From positions 6,712-70,711 of the forward strand of contig JANXYR010000075.1 of the NCBI GenBank assembly GCA_025355965.1: a stretch of 64,000 nt of DNA, given 5' to 3'. The notes under the pieces are model-generated. The model was not told where the DNA came from. It searched no databases and saw only the letters and a program-made list of their open reading frames with translations. The stretch comes from Geobacteraceae bacterium (lineage in GTDB: Bacteria > Desulfobacterota > Desulfuromonadia > Geobacterales > Pseudopelobacteraceae). Shown piece by piece: positions 37,170-43,168 of the stretch. Position 1 is the first letter of the stretch, and every line of letters starts with the position of its first letter. Made by a program: the position numbers and the translations under genes.

Positions 37170-38075
37170 ATGACCAATCGTCGTATCGCCAAAATATTCA
37201 AGAGCCGCCCCACCGTCGAAGGGGCCGGTGTCCATCTGAAGCGGGCTTTTGGCTATTCCCAGGTGCCGCAGTTCGACCCTTTTCTGATGCTTGATGATTT
37301 TCATACCTCTAATCCGGACGAATACCTGGCAGGATTTCCCTGGCATCCGCACCGGGGGATCGAGACCATTACTTATGTGCTGGAGGGTCTGGTGGAACAT
37401 CGTGACAGCATGGGCAACAAGGGGACCATCGGGGCGGGGGATGTGCAGTGGATGACCGCCGGGAGTGGCATTATCCATCAGGAGATGCCGCAGGAGAGCC
37501 CGACCGGCACCATGTGGGGTTTCCAGTTCTGGGCTAATCTGCCGGAGGCGCAGAAGATGATGACGCCTCGTTACCGTGACGTTAAAGCCGTTGATATTCC
37601 GGAAGTAACGCTTGAAAACGGAGTGACGATCAAGGTTATTGCTGGCGAAGTTGGTGGTGTTAAGGGACCGGTGGGGGATATCGTGATCGAGCCGGAAATG
37701 CTTGATATCAGTGTGCCTGTCGGAGCTGTATTCACTCATCACCAGTTGCCTCTTGGGCATACAGCCTTTGCTTATATTCTGACGGGTGAAGGGTATTTTG
37801 ACGACCAGCGGGATGCCTATGCTTACGAGATGGTTGGTCACGGCTGGTCGGACACCGAGCGGCGTTGTAGTTGTTGTGCCGAAACCGTGGTGCTGTATGA
37901 ACATAGCGGCTCTGCCGTTCAGGTGACGACGACAGACAAGCCGGTGCGTTTCCTTTTTGTTTCAGGAAAACCACTGAACGAGCCGGTGGCTTGGTATGGC
38001 CCGATTGTGATGAATACGCAGGAGGAATTGAAAGTTGCGTTTGAAGAGTATAAGAACGGGACTTTCGTCAAGTAA
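37170..38075 (+). CDS. Pirin-family protein
   Basis: GFPWHPHRGIETITYVLEG...DVQWMTAGSGIIHQEMP, the bicupin pirin signature. Confidence 0.9.
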   Translation: MTNRRIAKIFKSRPTVEGAGVHLKRAFGYSQVPQFDPFLMLDDFHTSNPDEYLAGFPWHPHRGIETITYVLEGLVEHRDSMGNKGTIGAGDVQWMTAGSGIIHQEMPQESPTGTMWGFQFWANLPEAQKMMTPRYRDVKAVDIPEVTLENGVTIKVIAGEVGGVKGPVGDIVIEPEMLDISVPVGAVFTHHQLPLGHTAFAYILTGEGYFDDQRDAYAYEMVGHGWSDTERRCSCCAETVVLYEHSGSAVQVTTTDKPVRFLFVSGKPLNEPVAWYGPIVMNTQEELKVAFEEYKNGTFVK

Positions 38076-38091
38076 TTTATCTAGTCTTGTG

Positions 38092-38138
38092 AAAATGCAG
38101 TGAAGCCAGGTAATAAAAGGCTTCACTGCATTTTTTTT
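38092..38138 (+). terminator. Strong rho-independent terminator after the pirin gene
   Basis: aaaatgcagtgaagcc (38092-38107) / ggcttcactgcatttt (38119-38134), a 16-bp stem running into T8. Confidence 0.8.
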
Positions 38139-38212
38139 GTTATTGTGAAACAGTGAGTTTGCAATTTTATCCGGCAACCAACATCCCGGTGGCGGTCGGG
38201 TCGGTCGCCTTG

Positions 38213-38812
38213 TTACAGGGACTGTGGTAAATCCGCCCACAATTCACTTCTGCTATCGTACATTTTCAGTCTGTTGACCACACTGCTCACCGGTGCCGCA
38301 AAAATCGTTTCATAGATGAATTCATCGGCCAAAGGGTCCATGGCAAAGGCGAGCTGCTCTTTCTTGATATTGAATTGAGCATTGATCCCGTTGGTATTGC
38401 CCCGCGCATCGACGCGAATCCATTTGACTAGGGTTGCGAGGTATATTGCATTAAACCCGTGCAAAACAGGTTCATTATCGACAGGGGGATCCAGGCGTAA
38501 AACCTGGTAGCAGAAACCGGCCGGGATATTGACGGCTCGAAGCAAGGCTGCCAGGAGGTGGCTTTTTGCAAAACAGATTCCGGTGCCGTGATGAAGCACT
38601 TCACTTGCCGTGCAGGTAACAATATCGAGTCCGGCATCATTGGAGTGGGGGATGGTGTCTCTCACCCATTCGTACAAACAACGGGCTTTGTCAACTTCAT
38701 CCGATAATGGCTGTGTAAGTTCCAGAGCCTTCTGCCGGACGGTCGGAGTCTGCCAGTCAACAATTGCGTCGGAAGCCAGATATTCGCTTAAATCATCCGA
38801 TTCAGGGTACAT
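38213..38812 (-). CDS. Transglutaminase-like cysteine protease-fold protein
   Basis: Cys context GTGICFAKSHLLAALLRAVNIPAGF, then HGFNAIY and RVDA, a C-H-D triad pattern. Start preferred at ATG 38812 (MYPESDD, GAGGA 4-5 nt upstream) rather than the ORF-track 38911. Confidence 0.75.
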   Translation of the reverse strand: MYPESDDLSEYLASDAIVDWQTPTVRQKALELTQPLSDEVDKARCLYEWVRDTIPHSNDAGLDIVTCTASEVLHHGTGICFAKSHLLAALLRAVNIPAGFCYQVLRLDPPVDNEPVLHGFNAIYLATLVKWIRVDARGNTNGINAQFNIKKEQLAFAMDPLADEFIYETIFAAPVSSVVNRLKMYDSRSELWADLPQSL

Positions 38813-38925
38813 ACAGTCCTCGTTTGATATTTGTATTTTTTGGGCCAGCCTCGTATCCGAACAACGTAAATACACTGTTGACGAAGAGCATGATATGCGT
38901 ATAATATGCACTCAGGAGGTGTGCT

Positions 38926-39180
38926 ATGCAAAAAGCTCGAATCAATATTACTCTTGATGCAGACTTGATTGACTTCATCAAGGAATATGCAGAAACTCAA
39001 AGAACAACGGTTTCTGAAGTTTTTACCCAATTTACTTTAAAACTCAAGCGGCTTAAAGAAAATGACCCGTCTGAAACAATATTGGCGGACCCAGATTTTT
39101 CTGACTCACTACTTCAAACAATTGAACGAGTTAAAACAGGTAATGTCAGTTGGCACAGTTATGATGAGGTCTTTAAATGA
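38926..39180 (+). CDS. RHH/CopG-like antitoxin
   Basis: 84 aa. The N-terminal ARINITLDADLIDFIKEYA beta-strand/helix pattern is typical of ribbon-helix-helix antitoxins. The stop overlaps the toxin ATG (ATGA at 39177-39180). Confidence 0.7.
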   Translation: MQKARINITLDADLIDFIKEYAETQRTTVSEVFTQFTLKLKRLKENDPSETILADPDFSDSLLQTIERVKTGNVSWHSYDEVFK

Positions 39181-39487
39181 ATCTTGTTTTTAGTGATGAT
39201 TTTGTTACTTCTCTAAAAAAACACAGTGCAATAAAGGACGCTGTCCGAAAAAAGTGAATATGATCTGCGAAAGCCCTGTGACTCTGGGTGAACCGCTCAA
39301 AGGAAGCTTTCGTGGTTTCTACAGTTGTCCCGTCAGACGCAACTTTCTGATTATTTTCATTTACTGCGCAACTTGTCGAAAGAAGGGGGACGATGCCATC
39401 GTCCTCTGTGCCGATTGTCCTGACTGCCTCGACGATACCATCAAGTTTATTGCCCTTAGTCCCCACGATAAAGCTTATTGGGGGTGA
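39177..39487 (+). pseudogene. RelE/ParE-superfamily toxin gene interrupted by a -1 frame change at an A-AAA-AAG heptamer
   Basis: - Frame 0 (39177-39257) gives MNLVFSDDFVTSLKKHSAIKDAVRKK*.
- The -1 frame continues VNMICESPVTLGEPLKGSFRGFYSCPVRRNFLIIFIY...IKFIALSPHDKAYWG.
- Together these reproduce the RelE-family pattern (L.FS..F..SLKK / P..GePLkG / yRiiY / H...Y).
- The break lies in the A6 run at 39248-39253. Confidence 0.65.
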
Positions 39488-39546
39488 CCCGGAATTTTGA
39501 ACTTTCTGGTTGGAAATCACTTTCCGCATCTTTCAATCTTTCAAGC

Positions 39547-40044
39547 CTACCCCGGTTCTACCCCGCTCCGGAGACTGGGGATATCAGCTTTTACGCCAGG
39601 ACGTTGGTTGTAGAACTGTTTCAGTTCCTCGCGGGCGGCCAAGAGTTCTTTTGCAAGCCTCTCTTCGTTCAGTACCATATCCCTGATGCGGGAGAGAGTC
39701 AAAGATGTAGTGAGGAACGATACCAGGCGCATAAAAGTTTCCCAGTAGATGAAGTAGGCTCGCGAGTACGGATGGTGCGAAAGGCGATCGGAGATGTACC
39801 AGCAGATGCCGCACATCAACGCCATGGAGATCCCTTTTTTCCTTCCCCCGTACCAGGCAGCAAAGGCAACAGGAATAAAATAGAAGATGAAGAAGCCGAA
39901 CTCATAACCGGTAATGTAGTCCAGCCAGCACAGAAGGAAAAGGAACGCTCCGCTGATGAGCATGGCCGCTGTCTTGTGCTGCTCAAGCGCAAGAGGATGT
40001 TTGTAGCTCCATCCTTGCATAATGATTACGACTGGGGATATCAT
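39547..40044 (-). CDS. Small integral membrane protein with C-terminal coiled coil (DUF4118-like feel)
   Basis: 165 aa with about 4 TM segments (FFIFYFIPVAFAAWYGG..., MALMCGICWYI, FMRLVSFLTTSLTL), then EERLAKELLAAREELKQ. The family assignment is only a recollection. Confidence 0.55.
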   Translation of the reverse strand: MISPVVIIMQGWSYKHPLALEQHKTAAMLISGAFLFLLCWLDYITGYEFGFFIFYFIPVAFAAWYGGRKKGISMALMCGICWYISDRLSHHPYSRAYFIYWETFMRLVSFLTTSLTLSRIRDMVLNEERLAKELLAAREELKQFYNQRPGVKADIPSLRSGVEPG

Positions 40045-40115
40045 GTCTCTCCTTGGCAGGAAAAGGGAACAAGCTATTTTTGATGTAGCCGGTGGTATCT
40101 GGGTATCAGTTCATG

Positions 40116-40180
40116 CAGTGTCAGGTCTACACCCTGACACCTGTTGGGAACCTTTCCGTCAATGTGTAGACCTGACACTG
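40116..40180. repeat. 17-bp perfect inverted repeat with an internal competing 8-mer
   Basis: cagtgtcaggtctacac (40116-40132) is the exact reverse complement of gtgtagacctgacactg (40164-40180). cctgacac (40133-40140) duplicates part of the right arm and can pair with gtgtcagg (40119-40126). Confidence 0.85.
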
Positions 40181-40191
40181 AGTCCTTCTTG

Positions 40192-40500
40192 TTACAATTT
40201 GTAATTGATTCCAAATTCAACATCATTGAACGTGGTGCCGCCGAAATGATCCTCAGTGATTCTGAAAAGCGAGGGAATAGGTATCAATTCGCCGTTTTCT
40301 GCTTTCTGTCTGTATAGATGAAGAATTAAGATAAAAAGTGCTCCTACTGCATTTATGGCATTTTTCAGGTTTGCTTGATGAAACTCGGTATTTCTGTGAT
40401 GTTTCACTTTGTTATATGCCGTCCACCACAGTGGAACTCCGTCTGGCTGCCCCCACCTCTCCCACGGTTTGAATGGGTCCATTGCGAATCTAGGGATCAT
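40192..40500 (-). CDS. Hypothetical protein, C-terminal half of a possible HEPN-like protein
   Basis: 102 aa. WWTAYNKVKHHRNTEFHQANLKNAINAVGALFILILHL resembles the conserved last helix of HEPN-type abortive-infection proteins. This is pattern recollection, not a search result. The ATG overlaps the upstream stop (TAATG). Confidence 0.5.
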   Translation of the reverse strand: MIPRFAMDPFKPWERWGQPDGVPLWWTAYNKVKHHRNTEFHQANLKNAINAVGALFILILHLYRQKAENGELIPIPSLFRITEDHFGGTTFNDVEFGINYKL

Positions 40501-40775
40501 TACCTCAAACCCTGCAATGTCCGCGCGGCCGTTATTTCATTTCTGTAGGCATTTATACTTCCTGCTGTCGATACTGGCGAGATGTTGCGGCAAAGCTGCT
40601 TCGCAACTACGTCTGCTTCAGAGGCCGCAGAGAATAAAATTCTTGAGATCTCAACTGAATAGCAGCCGAGATTTGGCTCCACGAATTCAACATAGCGGGA
40701 TAGGGAATGGAGGTCATTCTCCAATGCCAAAAAATAATTCCAGTGGATAACAGAGGTGCCAATCGTTATTGCCAT
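40500..40775 (-). CDS. Hypothetical protein, N-terminal half of the same possible HEPN-like protein
   Basis: 91 aa, helical (WNYFLALENDLHSLSRYVEF..., YSVEISRILFSAASEADVVAKQLC). Ends at a TAA sharing one nucleotide with the next ATG. Confidence 0.5.
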   Translation of the reverse strand: MAITIGTSVIHWNYFLALENDLHSLSRYVEFVEPNLGCYSVEISRILFSAASEADVVAKQLCRNISPVSTAGSINAYRNEITAARTLQGLR

Positions 40776-40861
40776 TCTATTCTCCTGCCAACGGCTTTGC
40801 GCTTGACCTGACAGGCGGTCTTATGCCCGTTTATGGTCTTAGCGCAGGTTATGCTATGATT

Positions 40862-41230
40862 TTACGTAAGTTGGCCGTTCTTTTTGAACATTTCAGCTTC
40901 ACTCAAAACCACAACTGGTAAGAACGCAGCAAGCGGTAGCATATAAACAATTATCGAATATTTCGTACTCGCAATTAATGCTAAAGCCAGTAAAGTTGTA
41001 CTCATACTCAACATGAGAACCACGCATATTGAAACCAACATTTTATTTTGTCTGACGAAAACATCAAAATGTGCAGCCTCATTTAATTCTTTTCTCACAG
41101 AGGTACCCATGTAAATTGAAAGGATTACCGGCGCAGCAGCGAGTCCAAGAGGATATGTAAGGCAGCCAACTATCAAGACAAGAATTCCAATGACTCGGCT
41201 TTTGATTTGCAGTTTTTGTTTCTTAGTCAT
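40862..41230 (-). CDS. Small polytopic membrane protein, unknown function
   Basis: Start preferred at ATG 41230 (MTKKQK, AGGGA 7 nt upstream). 3-4 hydrophobic helices. AT-rich codon usage unlike the neighbouring core genes. Confidence 0.55.
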   Translation of the reverse strand: MTKKQKLQIKSRVIGILVLIVGCLTYPLGLAAAPVILSIYMGTSVRKELNEAAHFDVFVRQNKMLVSICVVLMLSMSTTLLALALIASTKYSIIVYMLPLAAFLPVVVLSEAEMFKKNGQLT

Positions 41231-41771
41231 GTTTTTTCCCTGCATAACTCGTAATTGACCAGAATTCCGGCCATCCACCATCTATTAGTTAAATCTCAAA
41301 ATAAATCATAAAACGTTATTTACATAACTATTATATAAATATGCATTTACTGCATTGAATAATATTCCAAATGGACTGTTGGCTTGAATTAAGGCCAACA
41401 GTCTCATGCAGCACCCTTAAGTGTAATCATCAACTATATTGGATGAGCAGTATTCTAAGAAACAATAAATAAGAATGCACTATATAACCGGCTATGGATT
41501 TTTGTAAAGGAGAATGCATGATCACTATTCCAAATAAGGTTTTTACAAAATATATCTATACAGTACAAAAACAGATGTTGTCACAGCGGCAACTGGCTAC
41601 CAACGTAGCCAATGTATCTGAGTGAACAGGTAAGGTGGGGGAATCTGCTTAGGGTAGTTAATTCTCTATTGACAAAAACGGACGGGTGCTGTTCTATGGT
41701 TTTTTTTCGCAACCTTGCTACATTGCTGGTATAACTACGACATAGTTTTAAAAAACTCCAGGAGGAAAACA

Positions 41772-43076
41772 ATGAACCCATTGGCACAAGAACTGAACGA
41801 TCTGCTTACCCAGCACAGCCCGCATGTTTTGGAAATGCTGTCCGATCTTGGAAAGAACATGTTCTTTCCAAAGGGAATCCTGACCCAGTCAGCCGAAGCC
41901 AAGGATAAAGCTCATAAATACAATGCCACCATCGGCATTGCCACCGAGAATGGTGGTCCCATGTTCCTGCAATGTATCCAGGACAAGCTCTCGGCTTTTG
42001 ATCCCAAGGACATCTATCCCTATGCACCACCAGCCGGTAAGCCGGAACTCCGCTCACTCTGGCGTGAAAAGATGCTGCGTGAAAACCCCAGCCAGAATGG
42101 CAAACACTTCAGCAACCCCATCGTCACCAATGCGCTGACCCACGGTCTCTCCATCGTTTCCGACCTGTTCGTTGACAAGGGCGATCACCTGATCCTGCCT
42201 GACATGCTTTGGGGTAACTATAACCTGACCTTTGGTACCTGCAGCGGCGCAATCGTCAAAAAGCACCCGACCTTTACCACTACTGGTGGCTACGATATCG
42301 ATGCTTTCAAGGCGACTCTGAAAAACACAGCCGAAGAAAAAGGCAAAGCCATTGTCCTGCTTAACTTCCCCAACAATCCGAGCGGCTATACCCCGACTGT
42401 TGCCGAAGGTGATGCCATTGTGGCAGCCATAAAGGAAGTTGCCGAAGCTGGCTGCAATGTTGTTGCTGTTGCCGACGACGCCTATTTCGGGCTTTTTTAC
42501 GAAGACAGCCTCAAAGAATCCTTGTTCGGCAAACTCGCCAACCTCCACCCACGCATTCTTGCTATCAAACTGGACGGCGCCACAAAGGAAGAGTTCGTTT
42601 GGGGCTTCCGTACCGGCTTTATCACCTTTGCGGACGGCAACGACTACGAAAATGCTCCGGTCATGACATCCCTTGAGAAAAAGGCAATGGGCATTATCCG
42701 TGCCCGCATTTCCAACTGCCCGCATCCTTCACAGACTTTTGTCATTGAGGCGCTCCGTTCGCCCCAGTTTCTGGCCCAGAAGGAAGAAAAGTTCCAGGTC
42801 ATGAAGGGCCGTGCCCTGAAAACCAAGGAAGTTCTCAATAGCGATAAATACGAACAAGCTTGGGATTACTACCCATTTAACTCCGGTTACTTCATGTGCC
42901 TGAAACTGAAAACTGTAGATGCCGAAAAATTACGCATCCATCTGCTGGACAAGTACGGCGTCGGCGCAATTTCCACCACCAAGACCGACCTGCGCATCGC
43001 CTTCTCCTGCATCGCCGAGGAGAATATCCAGGAACTGTTCGACATTATCTACCAAGGGGTTCAAGATCTGGCCTAA
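41772..43076 (+). CDS. Class I/II PLP-dependent aminotransferase
   Basis: Start at ATG 41772 with GGAGGA RBS. The ORF-track start at 41715 lacks one. NFPNNPSGYT and the PLP-lysine context ATKEEFVWGFRTGF. Confidence 0.85.
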   Translation: MNPLAQELNDLLTQHSPHVLEMLSDLGKNMFFPKGILTQSAEAKDKAHKYNATIGIATENGGPMFLQCIQDKLSAFDPKDIYPYAPPAGKPELRSLWREKMLRENPSQNGKHFSNPIVTNALTHGLSIVSDLFVDKGDHLILPDMLWGNYNLTFGTCSGAIVKKHPTFTTTGGYDIDAFKATLKNTAEEKGKAIVLLNFPNNPSGYTPTVAEGDAIVAAIKEVAEAGCNVVAVADDAYFGLFYEDSLKESLFGKLANLHPRILAIKLDGATKEEFVWGFRTGFITFADGNDYENAPVMTSLEKKAMGIIRARISNCPHPSQTFVIEALRSPQFLAQKEEKFQVMKGRALKTKEVLNSDKYEQAWDYYPFNSGYFMCLKLKTVDAEKLRIHLLDKYGVGAISTTKTDLRIAFSCIAEENIQELFDIIYQGVQDLA

Positions 43077-43100
43077 GCTTGGCTTTAATTCAGTAAATAC

Positions 43101-43130
43101 AAAAAGGGCTCGCGTTTGCGAGCCCTTTTT
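43101..43130. terminator. Bidirectional rho-independent terminator between the aminotransferase gene and clpB
   Basis: AAAAAGGGCTCGC-gttt-GCGAGCCCTTTTT: a perfect stem with an A-run on one side and a T-run on the other. Confidence 0.85.
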
Positions 43131-43168
43131 GTTGTCTTCATTTTTTCTTCCTCACGGATAAGGAACAG

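Noticed and set aside
37128-37904. 258-aa minus-strand ORF opposite the pirin gene. Similar cases are 35524..36204 (-), 30213..30917 (-), 42054..42725 (-), 25901..26431 (-), 29600..30139 (-), 63299..63987 (-).
   Set aside because: Each is fully nested opposite a gene with strong family signatures (pirin, IorB/XdhC, FeoB, aminotransferase, S1, Fur/FeoB, Der). These are shadow ORFs.
39173-39529. 118-aa minus-strand ORF covering the toxin region.
   Set aside because: It is antisense to a sequence that translates into a recognisable RelE-family protein on the plus strand. It has no SD and no recognisable motif.
39478-40083. 201-aa plus-strand ORF, and the 40409..40750 plus-strand ORF.
   Set aside because: They are antisense to minus-strand ORFs with coherent TM-helix or helical patterns. 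The translations are low-complexity with no start-site support.
38139-41771. Calling the accessory patch a mobile genetic element or genomic island.
   Set aside because: I recognised no integrase, transposase, tRNA target or flanking direct repeats. Only the compositional shift and gene content suggest horizontal origin.
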